Positions 12,011 through 25,281 of a DNA stretch of 64,000 nt are shown here, one piece after another. The notes beneath the pieces are model-generated. The model worked only from the letters and a program-made list of their open reading frames with translations. It made no database searches and had not been told where the DNA came from. The stretch covers positions 74,338,001 to 74,402,000 of the forward strand of contig NW_027266275.1 of the NCBI RefSeq assembly GCF_022045235.1, in the 5' to 3' direction. A program made the position numbers and the translations under genes. Numbering within the stretch: position 1 is the stretch's first letter; each line of letters opens with the position of its first letter. The stretch is from Haliotis cracherodii (Eukaryota).

Positions 12011-14600
12011 AAGCGCAAAAATATATGACCAATGTATCGAATGCACACATAAATAACTAACCATTGCTTCATACACACGGTATGTATCTGTGGTTGTTGC
12101 TTGGTAAAGATAGTATACATGCGGTCGTTGTTTCGCATACATGACATATATGTGATCGTTGCTTGGTTCACATGACATCGTCGTCGTTTTTTCAGGACGA
12201 ATGCTATATACAAATGAATGTATTTGTGACCGATGCTTGGCACGTATGATGCACACAGGGCGTGGATCTATGACAAGTATGACACGCGTCCACATGTAGT
12301 TGCTATGCAATTGATGAATACTGTTTTACAGATCCATCAGAATCCCTGCATGGTGCAATGTAGTGCAGTCGGGTAATTTGCGACCACGATTCTACTTGTG
12401 TTCTTGTGTGTATTAGAGCGTGTGGTAAACTAAACATTGCATGGTGGTGAGCATATAGATTATTGACTATGTATTAATCGTATATTGCCTTAGCTGAACA
12501 GGCACCATCGTAATCCCAAGTATGGGCCGATGGTACGGCTGCCTATTGGTGATAATCGCGAGCTTTAATGGCCTCGTGACGACGATACACCTAGCCCTTG
12601 AAGTATCAGTGTTGAGATCAGTAGTCGACAATCAATGGAAATTGAGAGCAGTGAGGGGTGTTGATCTCACCTTGTGGACGACGGTGCTTGCCATAATCGA
12701 CATATGATAGTCAACAGAAACATACTCCCGGTAAATAGACGAAAAAACAGACATTGATTCCCGTCCACGAGTCTAAGAAAATCTTGTCTTTACAAGCACT
12801 TATTGATTATCTGAGTTCTGGGAGACTGAACGGAGGGCCGATTATTCATTTGCCATGTAAAAACACATCCGTATGACTGAAACTCTTGATGGCTCAACTT
12901 GTGAACCACCACTTAGAGGAGCAGCTTACAAACGAATTCTACTCAACTTTCTTTTCGTCACTTTTAATCGCCAAGATCCTTCATATCAGTGTCACGGGGC
13001 ACAGGTAACGACACTACTGGGATAGTGTAGAGTTAATTTCGTCTTTTCTAGGAAAAACAGTTTCGTGGCGACGTGGCAGTCTGTCAATCATCACTTTAGC
13101 GGTGTTACGGAGGGCGATGCCATCCCTGTCACGGCGGGCGATGTAGGCCGCCCACAGCCCGGACCGTGTTGGGGAAAGAGATTATTAGATAAGAAGTGCA
13201 GCAAGCAGTGTGTCCGTTTGACGTTACTATTCTCTCATTGATTTATAGCAGAATCAATAGCGCTTATTTACAACTAAAACCAAATCTTTCCCCATATCTT
13301 CATATACGTGTGCTTTAGAGATCAGGACACACAGCTTGCTGTGTTTGGTTTTAATAATATGTTTATTTTCTGAAGCTGAAAGATATTCGAAGTCGATTTA
13401 TTTTTAGCTACAATGTTCATATTTGATGTGCGTGATGACTCACCTATAGAAGGGTTGGTGATACACACTGCCTCCAGGGACGAGCTGGTTATGATTGCTG
13501 GAATACTAAGTGCGCATTGGGATTTGTGGGTGACACTTGCCTGTATGGAAGAGGATGATCTCTGACCTGTATTTTGAACACTTGTGTTACCTACTCCACT
13601 GACCTGGGCTCTGTTCCACAAGCGATCTTAGCGCTGGATTCGTCCCACGCAAAGGTTAAAACATGAAACGTATAGTTACGATCGCTTTAACGTTAAGACC
13701 GATTACCCGTCGCCGCTGTCTACGCCCGTGCGTATATCATTGAATGACCTTGATCATGGCCTATTGCGAGTCAAGAATGTTTTGTAATCAGACAAAACTA
13801 GTGGTCGGTCTTGAGAAGGGGTGGCCACATAAGTCATACGTTGGTTCATTTAATGACTTTTCTTAGAGCCATTGCCAGGAGCTATATTAATCGGAAGTTT
13901 TCAAATGGCGGCTTGGGTTATCCGACGTATTGAAACTTTGCTAAACAGGGAATCATTGGACATTTTCCTCAATGTTGGTAGTGCAATATGAGAGGTGAGA
14001 TCGTTGTGTAGTTGTTGTTGGGGGACGGTAGCTTTTAATGAGGGCTTGTGCTCCACAATCCGGCGTCAAATTCTAGATCCCGATGTGTCTGTGTATGTAG
14101 TCATTAAATGCTTGATGGATATATCATCAAATGTAATTGACTGGCAGACAAAGCGATGTTTGAATGCCTAGATTCAAACATACAAGGACTGCCAATTCCC
14201 TACATCCTGACCCCTTGAGTACCAGCTTCGGGGGATCGGATACTGGAGATCCCAACAAGCCTGAGTTCAGGGGCACTGAATTGCTACTAAACATACAGTG
14301 ACCAAAGCCATAGATCTTAATCACTTTACTGCTGACCTTCCTCGAACCAGCTAAGGCTTAGGCAACAATATAAAACATTTTATCAAATGAAAACCAATTG
14401 TTACGATGAACATATCTCTTGGCTTATATTTGAACAAAGAAATCGCTCATACACATGAAATTACCGAGTGTACATTTTAACAATTTGAGGAAAGAAACAT
14501 TATCTGCTTTAATATATCAAATGAATTCATAGCATAACTGCTATACCTACTTCAGTGTTCAGAGTGTAGTCTTAATCAAAGCTTCTTTCTAGCTATAATA

Positions 14601-14753
14601 GGCTGCGGGGTAGCCTAGTTGTTAAAGCTTTCGCTCCTCACGTTGAGTCCCGGGTTCGATTCCCCACATGGGTATGAAGCCAATTTCTGGTGTCCCCCAA
14701 CGTGATATTACTGAAATATTGCGCAAAGCGGCGTAAATCCATAATCACTCACT
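14601..14753 (+). mobile_element. SINE family B copy
   Basis: A/B boxes (gtagcctagttg, gggttcgattccc), same body and tail; possible TSD tctagcta. Confidence 0.8.
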
Positions 14754-15600
14754 CTAGCTACGGAAACAAAATATCTACCTCCACAGTGTTCTATAAACGC
14801 GAATGAACATGTGTCAACTATTTTGACTAAACCACCACTCTCGCATTTTTTTAAATTAAGTATACAAAGATTCTCTAATTATAACGTTCCTTCGTTGAAG
14901 GTGTACATTTATTTACATATCTTCCAGCAGAACGCCCCTTTAAGACACTCCCCCATCTCTTATCTCAGATCTGTTCCAATTCTTCCTCTAGGCCTGTATT
15001 ATCCACGTTCTCATTCAGAAATAATATATCATTAAACACAGGTTTCTTTAATACTGTAACCAAAGCATGCCTCTTGGTTAGATACCTGTTTACAGAGGGA
15101 GCGATAATTTGACAGGAAAATGGTTCAAATAAGCGGTCTTGGCTATAATACTAAGAGATCTTCGAACCCAAGAGTGATGGAACGCATCAGAATTGAAAAT
15201 CTAAACACGATGAATACCGAAACGAAAGTTTTGTAGAAAAATATGTCAATTAGAACAGATATTCTTCTGTTTTACGGAACCACCCACACAGTATGACTAC
15301 AATTCAGGATAGACGAACAAAACGTATTTTGAAATATGTCCCAAGTGTCCATTATCAGTAAAATTACCCGAAAGTATACACCCGTTTTTGATGGTCGCTA
15401 AAATTGAAACGAACAAGAAATGGTTATTCGATGGCGATGTATTTCCTACGGGTATCACATCACAGAGGTATTTGGGGGTAACGTATGAAGTGTTTCGATG
15501 ACTGTTTTCAGCCTAGTAACTTTTGATGTAATGTTTTGGTCAAATCTAATTTGCAGTGTACACTTTATTTTGCCCGACAGTTTACATAACTTTTGTTAAA

Positions 15601-15835
15601 GGGCTGCTCGGGTGGCCCAGTGGTGGACGGTGTAACCCGATGTACCGAGTTCTCTCCTCATAGTCTGCAAGGGTTCGCTTGTTGCCGCTTTTAATACCAG
15701 TATAGGATCCGTGGGCGGGGTTTCAGCAATGTCAACATCCCGTCACGTTTTCATAATACTTCTCCACTGAACCGACACGCCTTGGCAAAACTGAAATAGT
15801 GTTAAAAAGCGATGTTAAATCTGCCACTAAACAAA
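15601..15835 (+). mobile_element. Diverged tRNA-SINE remnant
   Basis: A-box-like ggtggcccagtgg and tail ctgaaatagtgttaaaaagcgatgttaaa; a similar tail occurs at ~41815-41865. Confidence 0.45.
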
Positions 15836-17442
15836 TGTTTGCTTAGCACTGCTGTCAACGCTGGTAACACAATGTTTTCCCTGATCACCCTGCCTTCTTG
15901 TTAAGTGGCTGAACAAATGTCGTGTCACATTATGGTACTCTGATGTGTTTCGCAATTCTATCTAAAGAACGACTTGTGGCTTGGCATACGTGTTTAAATG
16001 GTTATGCGTATCGTCCCTACGACATATTTAAGATAACCTTTTATTTGACATTGCAGTTTGTAGGAAAAAATACACAAAGACGATTTTTTTCAGAACTGAC
16101 ATTTCAACCTAAAACGTTATCCCCGGCTGCTTGGTATGCGTGGGTGGTACTCGTAGTATGAAATGATGTGACAACACAATTTGTAAAAACGGATCAAGCG
16201 ATACTGAACAATTACATATTTGTCACTTAATAAACAGGTTGCATGTAGTATAATAGCCTTGCTCCAAGGCCGTGCTAAATGGTGAGTCCATTGGTTTATA
16301 GTATTCATATCCTTGTAATAAGCAAATCTAGATAAGTGGGCAATTCAATGACTCCGGTCTGTTAAAGGGACAACTTGTTGTTACCATATCCTTATGATAC
16401 CTTTACTATTCGTCAGTTTGGCAAGGACTACAGGACTAGTGCCAATTTCTAACGCTGTATATGGGTTATATCATAACTTGTCCTATTGTAGATGATAACC
16501 AACATATGCTCAGAGGATATTTGTGGAAGTGTGGGCTGAATATTCCATCCTGGACTACTGTTGGGGACGCGTGCTCCCCCGTGCCATGAACTGAAGGTAC
16601 TCTAGTAATCAGACCCACCGGAACGTCTTCAAACCCATCATCGCCGTGTTAGAATTACGGGGTGAACAGCATCTCACGTTGTGGAATGGGTCTGCCGTTT
16701 TTCAATTTAACAGAAGACTGACCTAATGTTAATGTACCTTAACTTCCTTAAAAATGTCTTCACACTGTGTGCCGATATCAGTCATTCTGTTGAAGTGCCA
16801 TTTCGTGATACGTTTGAGGTATCTCTCTTCTCGTATCTTTAGAATCCTGCCAAAACAAGTCCACATTTCTTCACTACTAGTGTAGGTCACACGGCGCCCT
16901 GATTGTCATGGAGTAATGTAACTGATTTTTTAATTCGATTGTCCAACCACCCCAACCAATATCAACAACACTACAACATGTCAGCCATTTGAGGAGGACT
17001 GATAAGTTTCATACCAATATCTCAAATATATCTGTAACTTTACAATTTGACATTTCCCTCTCAATATCAGTATTGGAACTGACTTTAACATGTCAAGAAA
17101 ACAAGGTCAAGTTTTAGTCCCGACCCGTGCTGAGAAAGGAACAAAATCGTTTCCGTGCACCGCTGGCAACTACAAATCATTTGAGATAAAACTGTCAATG
17201 GATAAAATCTCCTCACACGCTAACACAATGACTTAATCTGGTGGAAGTGAACTTACACAGTGTTAGAGGCACACTCTTAAAATATGACACTTCAGAGTTG
17301 TAGGACGGTTAAAGGAATGGACGTGGGAATCCTAACGGACACATAAACGGAACCAACTCTGTTTGTGGAAATGCACTTAACTGAGGAGCGTATTGCTCAC
17401 GTTTTTCGCCACGGGACCACCTCAGCACCTTAGCCGTTCGCA

Positions 17443-17446
17443 CCCC

Positions 17447-17477
<31 letters not shown>

Positions 17478-17484
17478 ACACACA
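17443..17484. repeat. poly(C)-(CA)n microsatellite
   Basis: Seen directly. Confidence 0.9.
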
Positions 17485-17559
17485 TACTGGAGCATTACGC
17501 CTCGACTCTCGGCCATTAAACTCCGTACAAGATGGTGCCTGTACAACAAGCAATTCAGC

Positions 17560-17800
17560 CATATTTGAACATAAATGTAATTTCTTACTTAGTTGTGCTT
17601 TTTATTCTGATTTAAGGTACCACCTATGTTATGGAATCATCCAGCTGTACAGTGCTAAAATACTAATTCGGCTTTACATGCTTTGTTTATTTGTAGTTAT
17701 ATTTTGTCAGTTAATATGTAGTATTATGTTTATGAGATATGATATCAACAAGTGTAGGTTTATATACATTTATACGCTTTGGACTTGGTCTGAATGATTT
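17560..17800 (+). mobile_element. LINE ORF2 C-terminal/3' UTR remnant
   Basis: NFLLSCAFYSDLR resembles the HFLLxCxxYxDLR zinc-knuckle tail of non-LTR retrotransposons. Confidence 0.35.
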
Positions 17801-19694
17801 AAATTTGAATAGAGGAAGATAATTAAGTTTTGAAAGGTCACTACGGATTTGTGTTGAAGACAAATTTATTTTTATGTTTATTTGTCCTGTATATAACACA
17901 ATCAGAAGGGAGTATCTACCCGCCTGGTCATTTTCATATACATCTAGGAATAATGGATGTCTTCTTTCAAACAAAAAGTACAGCGTTCAACTACAAGTAT
18001 CTTTATAAATTCATCATTGCTTTGGCCAATGACTACAATGGAAAATAAAGTTTTCATTAATCCTGAAGAGCCGTTGAACGGCGAAAGATCTTGTATGGAT
18101 AAAGGNNNNNNNNNNNNNNNNNNNNNNNNNNNNNNNNNNNNNNNNNNNNNNNNNNNNNNNNNNNNNNNNNNNNNNNNNNNNNNNNNNNNNNNNNNNNNNN
18201 NNNNNNNNNNNNNNNNNNNNNNNNNNNNNNNNNNNNNNNNNNNNNNNNNNNNNNNNNNNNNNNNNNNNCGCGCTAATCATGCATACGAATCTCACCAAGC
18301 CTTTCACAACCACAGATTCTTCTCTTAGAAGAAAAGATTACGTGCGTATATCTGCCCATTTCCTTTGTGGGGTAGGGAGTCAGGGTGCTTAGATACTTCA
18401 ATCTGGCTGGGAACTTCACATTCCCATTTATATCAATCAATTCATTTTGCAGTTTGACATAAAGTTTACAGCGGTCGTTCTGGGTGTAACTAGAAAGCAC
18501 ACGCTTTTCCTATTTACATAGACAACATGTATAGCGAACAGAAAGAGCGTCATTTATATTAATCTACATATATGGCCGTCTGGTATTTTCGTCTATTGAA
18601 TTAATGGGAGACTTATACCACGCGTATAATGGTGTCCCTCTCCTGTGGTCCGCCAGCCGGCCACCCTTAGGTCAGATAGAGCCAGACTCACTCACGTCAA
18701 AGGTGTCCGACGATACGATTTGATCACAAAGATCCACTAAAATGTGATAAGACCTATCACTCTTTAATGTGTTATTTGCTTAACGAGAAAACTACGAAAG
18801 GCTACAAGCATGTAAAAGGCTTCTAAATCAAGAATTGTCGTACGTTTCTGAATTCGAGTGTGTGAGTATGATTGTACTCTAGCATTGTTCCTGTCGTATG
18901 GTGGCCAAGAATTGGATTAACGCTTAATGTCTATTTGTGAAGAACGAACGTTTTCAACCCCCATGCTCCTCTGTCGCCTCTAAACACACGCTGCAATCAC
19001 GTATATAACCATTGGTCACGGAGCACTGGAAACAAACGACAGTCATTAAATGTTAATGTAAAATACGAGTAATTTTTGGTTCTTGAATAAAAGTCACCGA
19101 GTCACGCAGGGGCGAGTCGATTCTCCTACAGCAGTTTACTGGTATGTGTAAGCTTTCGAAGTTAGGGTGACTTAAAGAACTCTTTGTGGTCTGTAATCTG
19201 TTTACATGCTGTGTGCCCCCCCCCCCCCTCCTCACCCCCACCCCCCACCCCCTCCACCACCATATCCTTTGCATGGTACAATGGTACAATGCTCTTTACC
19301 TGAACGAGTATATTTCGCCTGGGTTTTTAACAATTTTTTCATCGGAGGAATATCTAATTATTTTAATATGATATTATAATAGTTAACATAATATAACACA
19401 ACATTATTTAGATTATTTCTGAACCTTTCAAGGTTACACAAACATTCAGTTCGTAATAGTCAATTCACACAAGTCTGTCTTGTGTCACTGTAGACTAGAT
19501 CTATCATTACACGTTCGCAAACCATACACTGTAAGCGCGAAACGCTGCTTGCGATCTATGTGTGTATTTAAACCAATTCATTCGAGTGTCCAGGCAAACA
19601 CGTACGTCAATTCCAAGTACATGTATACAGTAATTGATACCACACTACTGGACAACCAGCAGTTAATTCCTGACACATAATGAGAATAAAGAAT

Positions 19695-20027
19695 TGAGGT
19701 GAAATGGGGTTTAACGTCGCGTCCAAGATTATTGCACTTATATAGCGACGTGCATGCACATGTGTGAGAGTGTGTGTGCGTTTGACTGTTTGTACTTGTC
19801 CGGACTGATGCCGATTTATAGTGTTAGCCCCCTGAGATACAGTGTCGCAGTTTAACATGAATACCCCACTCAGACACAGTATACTGACTCCAAGCCGACC
19901 AGTCCTTGTTTTACCCCCTTAATGCCCAGCGCCAGACAGGGTAACAACAAGTACCAACCATCTTTTAACGTCTTTGGTATGACGCGGCCGGGGATCAAAT
20001 CCCGGACCTTCCGATCTCCGGGCGGTC
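19695..20027 (-). mobile_element. SINE family A copy
   Basis: Reverse-complement match to 40111-40459. Confidence 0.85.
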
Positions 20028-21692
20028 ACAGACTTCAAGTGATTACCTTCTATGCCAAGTTAACATATGTGTTGGTAAGTGATTACCTTCTATGCCAAGT
20101 TAACATATGTAAAAAAGGGTCGTATTTTCCACTTTGTGCATCCAACGAGTTTTATATGGCGCTGGCTAACCAAGAATCATACTCAGGGCGAATCGAGATT
20201 CGAAACCATGATCATAGAATTCTAGCACATCTAAGGGACGCAACTCCCTTACCCCAACGCAGGTATATGCATAACGATTTTGTATTGCATAACAGCATGG
20301 GACAAATCGACAGAAAATGAATCTGTGATATTCACAGCTTAACGTCAAGCCAACCAGTACATCATCACGGGCAATGCGACACATGATGCATTAACGCTAG
20401 TCAGAAATACAGCATATACGTGAACTACACTCACCATTACCTGCGACAATCATACTTTGAAGTTTGTTCCATTTGCCCGGATTCGCCCGAAGGTTTGGAT
20501 AAAAAAAGGATAGATAACTACTGAAATGATAAAAACTTAATTAGTTTGTCTCAAAAGTGTAATTGATTAGATAAACTTATTTAACCTCTGATACCTGGAA
20601 ATCTAATTATTGTTAACACACATGATAATGTAAATATGATACACATTGTGCACTTTAACAGTGCTCAATAGGTTATTATTCGTGTCTCGCTAAACCGTTT
20701 ACCCAAACAAATGCATTCGGAACAAAATATTTGAGCGCAAATATAATTAATTTGCATGTATATAGACCTACCAAGGCTGATCGGTGAGCAGAATTAGGCA
20801 AACAGTAAAATAATGAATACAGCGTCCTCCCCTTTGTGGCAAATACCGTAAATATTGAAATTAATGCGTCCACAAATGAATGCGACTATTGGTCCCTAGC
20901 CAGTAGATGTGAAGAGTTTCGAGCGGTTCTTGGCTTCATAGCTTCACAATGTTAGCGTAATGTAGGATCCCAACTATTCCAACCCGAAATCCGCCAGCTT
21001 TTATTATTCAACATAGTTATCTCTCTTTATTATATTAACCTATTCATGATGGGCATAGCTGTTTAATATAAGCACCGTCCAAATACGATCCAGTAATGTG
21101 ATAACAGAAGTATAACATCCGCATCCGAAGAGGATACAGCTGGTAGCAAACACATGAGATGCGAGACAAGATCTCTGCTCACCCAATAAGATGACATATT
21201 CTAATAGAATTACAGCAGGTTCCAGCAAAAGTTATCTTATGTCAGACATGAAATTTGAGACAAGAGCTCGGGTATGGTGTCATACAGGGGTTCATGTCTT
21301 GTCACAATAATTTAGGCAGATCAAATATGTGGTATATGGACACACCACCTTTTGTAAAAACAAATAGCGGAAGCTTCAAGGTAGCCTGAAAGGACACGGT
21401 ATGGCAATAGACCCTCTCCGCCAGCAGCATCTGCATAGCTTAAGAACACCAGAACTTTGGGGGATTTTGATTATAAAAATAAAATAATCTGTGAGGAAAG
21501 CTGGAATATGTCAAATTAGACAATTGTCGAGTTCATCTGGAGGCATGTATCTGATACTTGAACACGAGCAAGTGCCTGCTAGGGGCTGATTGTATTACGC
21601 GATGAAGATAACGACAGAACAAATATATGTTAAAAATACATTTCGGTCACATACTGGTTCATAGTTGCGGATTTTTGCTCTTGAAGTTAAAG

Positions 21693-21860
21693 TGAGTGAG
21701 TGAGTGAGTTTGGTTTTACGCCGCTTTTAGCAATATTCCAGCAATATCACGGCGGGGGACACCAGAAATGGGCTTCACACATTGTACCCATGTCGGGATT
21801 AGAACCCGGGTGTTCGGCGTGACGAGCGAACGCTTTAACCACTAGGCTACCCGACCGCCC
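21693..21860 (-). mobile_element. Short tRNA-derived SINE family B with (ACTC)n tail
   Basis: The - strand reads ggggcggtcgggtagcctagtggttaaagcgttcgctcgtcacgcc...gggttc..., with 13-bp TSD cttgaagttaaag at 21680-21692 and 21861-21873. Confidence 0.9.
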
Positions 21861-22892
21861 CTTGAAGTTAAAGACAATTGGCTTTTTCACAATCTGAGTT
21901 ATAAAACTATGTAAGTCTAAACATTGAAAGCAGGAGAAACAAACCTGTCAAGACTCATTCATATTCCTTTTCCTTGAAATGTATTTTGTCACTGTCCAGT
22001 GGACCGAAAAACCTCCCTCGCCCATTCACGATTTTCTATATCTGGCGTCATAAACAATGAATGTGTTTGTTGTAACCCCTGCCGTTACATATGACACTGT
22101 AACGTTACGAAGTGATTGATAAGAGAAATATCAACTTAGTTCTAATAATCTCCCCAAGGAGTCGACACATACAGATTAACATAGATTTGCTTGTCATATG
22201 AAAACAACTTATTCTCTTCAATCATCGCGGTTGCTGGCTGTGCTCTAATCGATAATGTTCCAAATGGTTTATTTTAAAAACACGTTATCACTTATGATCT
22301 AAGGCAAATGTTATTGAAATTATTGTACACATTCTAACGATAACCTCACAATCACTTTTCAATCACATGATTATTTCGATGTTTCTCTTTATAAACTGTG
22401 TCGCCAGTCCAAGCACACCTAACATCAAGTATGATGAAAATATTAGACTGCAAATGTGCGTAATATCCACATACCGTATTTACCCTTAAAACATGTTTTT
22501 GAGAGATAAACATTTTATGTGTTCAGATGTGAGGGCAGTATTGAGTATTCGAAAGCTTAATCTAAGGGTTTCAACGTTAGAAATCCATCGCATTGAATAC
22601 TCAACACAACACGGAAATAAAAGAACACATTTATCGTCATTGTGAATATTAAAAAAGTAAAGGTAATTTCCCGTATCGATTTTACTCGTACTCAAACCGC
22701 GGTTAGATATGTGATGTCATTTACCGTCAGACGTTTTTTTAGCTAGAATATTGCTGAATCAGCATTTGCTGCTATGGCGTCATGCATGATACATTGTTTG
22801 TCGTCATAAGCCTCCATGACAACAGAACCAACCAGTTAAACAGGATACTGCAGAAAACTGAATATCAATAAAACCGTACTTTGATAATTATA

Positions 22893-22956
22893 AGGTGAGG
22901 TGAAATGGGGTTTAACGTCGCGTCCAAGATTATTGCACTTATATAGCGACGTGCAT

Positions 22957-23018
<62 letters not shown>

Positions 23019-23262
23019 CCGCTTGTACTAGTGCGGTCTAATTTTATAGTGCTAGTTCAGTGAGACACCATGCCGCAGCTGAACACGAGTACCCCACTCA
23101 GACACAATATACTGACTCCGAGCCGACCAGTCCTTGTTTTAGCCCCTTAAAGCCAAGCGCCAGACAAGATAACAGCAAGTACCATCTTTTAACGTCTTTT
23201 GTTATGACCTGGACTTTCGGCTCTCCGGCCGGACGCTTTACCACTAGACCACGGAGGCGGTC
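22893..23262 (-). mobile_element. SINE family A copy with an expanded internal (GT)n
   Basis: Reverse-complement match; the short gtgtgt in other copies is expanded to ~57 bp (22961-23017). Confidence 0.85.
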
Positions 23263-24046
23263 TAATGATTATTAACCAAACGCAGTATATGTTGAATAAT
23301 ATTCCTATCCCCATGTTGAATGCAATGCAAACTTGGGACATGATGTTTATCATGAAGGATTTCCGAGCTTCAAATCTCATCAAACAACGTTTGTCAACCA
23401 CCCGCAGTAATATGATTGGTCTACCGTTGAAACACTATGCAACACCCTACCACGAATTGGGAGCCATAAGCACATTAAGAATACACTGAGAGCAAAAAAT
23501 CGAAATGTTATTATATAAATCATGACAAGTACACAAACGAAAATGTAGAAGACACACTTAATTTGGACATAAATTATCAAAAGTACAGATTAGTTTTTTT
23601 CTTGCTGTCAAACAAATTATTTCCAAGGGCGAGAATGAGACCCTTCGTGGCTATAAACTGGTTACGCGATCATTACGCCATTTGTCTTGTGGAAGAGAAA
23701 GGCTCGTCTGGACAATAAGCCTTCTTAAAGATGGGAGATGCTGGTCAACAACGCTAGAGAAAACAGCAGTCTAGATCTTTCACCATCAAGTTGCAGAATC
23801 AGTAAGAAAAAACATGATGAATAATAATAGTTGATATTTGATGACCTAATATGTTTTAAACGATACCAAAATACAGCCAATGAAAACACTTTAATTCCAC
23901 TTAAAAGAACACCGAATTTTTTATCTTGACAAGATCAAGTTTAGCTCAGGTGTTTTTTATCGATCCTAACCAGCTTAAACATATGCAAAAACATGAGACG
24001 AATACAAATGAAATGAACAGGCTAGTGGATGTAACTTCTGTATTAT

Positions 24047-24276
24047 AATGCTTGCCGTAAAAGGTGACTATGCTTGTCGTAAAAGGCGACTAAGGGGATC
24101 GGTTGGTCAGGCTCGCTGATTTGGTTGATGCATGTCATCGATCCCAATTGTGTGGATCGATGCTCATGATATCAATCACTGGATTGTCTGGTCCAGACTC
24201 GATTATTTTACAGACCGCCGTCATATAGCTGGAATATTACTGAGTGCAGCGTTAAACAACAAACCAACCAACTAAC
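24047..24276 (+). mobile_element. 5'-truncated SINE-like family C copy
   Basis: 14-bp TSD aacttctgtattat at 24033-24046 and 24277-24290; duplicated atgcttg.cgtaaaagg.gact hairpin. Confidence 0.85.
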
Positions 24277-24574
24277 AACTTCTGTATTATGTTATATTGA
24301 AACATGTGGTGATAGTCATGGCATATCATGAAAATAAACAATCATACAAGTAAACATTTCGGTAAGATTGAAAGGCCTGTAGCCCACAAGTGAGGTGTTG
24401 CTATCATTATCAGTGAATCTGCAGCAGCAAATACATGTATTTAGGGATTTAGGTTTACCATCATAGTGTATGTATTACCGCCAGTAAAACTGAGATAATA
24501 ATTACCTGGGGTGTTGAACAGATATACACACCGAACAGTCGATGAAGTTGTTAAGTAACAATCAACGGTTGCAA

Positions 24575-24740
24575 ACAAAAGCGACATAAAATTTACCATA
24601 TTTATTAGAAATCTGCTAAAAGCAGAGTTGATTGTACGATTCCGACTACCTCATTAGCATGTGTTAATGAATCACTATCAAATAGTGAAGATACCAGGTG
24701 TTCGCGAATAGGTGAGTGTATCCTGCCCCACCGGTGGCAG
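24575..24740 (-). mobile_element. 3' segment of the same Penelope-like family
   Basis: Reverse-complement homology to 39705-39845 (gaaatctgct.aaagc.gag, gattgta.ga.tccgactac, accaggtgt...gtatcctgcc). A related fragment lies at ~37363-37443 (+). Confidence 0.6.
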
Positions 24741-25237
24741 GACAATTCCATAGAGATGTTCACACGTATTTGGTGGTACTTTTTACTAAGTCACTCATCC
24801 AACCAAGCATACATTGATAAAAGACAGTTGTCATATCAATCTAAATATGACCATTATGTTGTATTGGTTATGATCCGTTTCGATTTCTCGAAGCAATGTT
24901 TTAAGGATTTCTCAAAGACAACAGTTTAGGAATACTCGATACAAGATTCAGCTTCATAAGCCTAGCACTTCGAGCCGAAATGAACAGGCATTGAACGAAC
25001 GCCGGACGGGAGACAGATAAAATTGTTATAACACGTATCGCATACATAATTTATATTTGGATCTGAGTTCTACGGACACATATCAGAGACGCCATTGTTG
25101 AGATTTTGAGCAGGTTATCAGTTTTATAACCTCTGGGATGAAAATGCAATCTGTTCTACTCTAAAAAAAATGTAATATGCGTTTCAACACAATTTACATA
25201 CTAAATATATATATATATATGTCCGTTATTCAGTTAT

Positions 25238-25281
25238 GGCCTGATGAGACTCGTACGTGGTACGAGTTGAAAGCGCTAGCC
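25238..25281 (+). ncRNA. Minimal type I hammerhead ribozyme (Penelope-associated type)
   Basis: Reads ggc-CTGATGA-gactcgtac(gtg)gtacgagtt-GAAA-gcgc-TA-gcc. It has a full catalytic core, a 9-bp stem II, a palindromic GCGC loop 3, a CUA cleavage triplet and stem I ggc/gcc. Confidence 0.8.

Noticed and set aside
12331-12372. Possible micro-exon (ttttacag...gg|gtaatt)
   Set aside because: Splice-like motifs only; no protein similarity or other support.
21760-21860. Possible tRNA genes here and at 14601, 40111, 51000 and 61360
   Set aside because: These are tRNA-like SINE heads fused to SINE bodies, tails and TSDs; no complete cloverleaf or oligo-T terminator.
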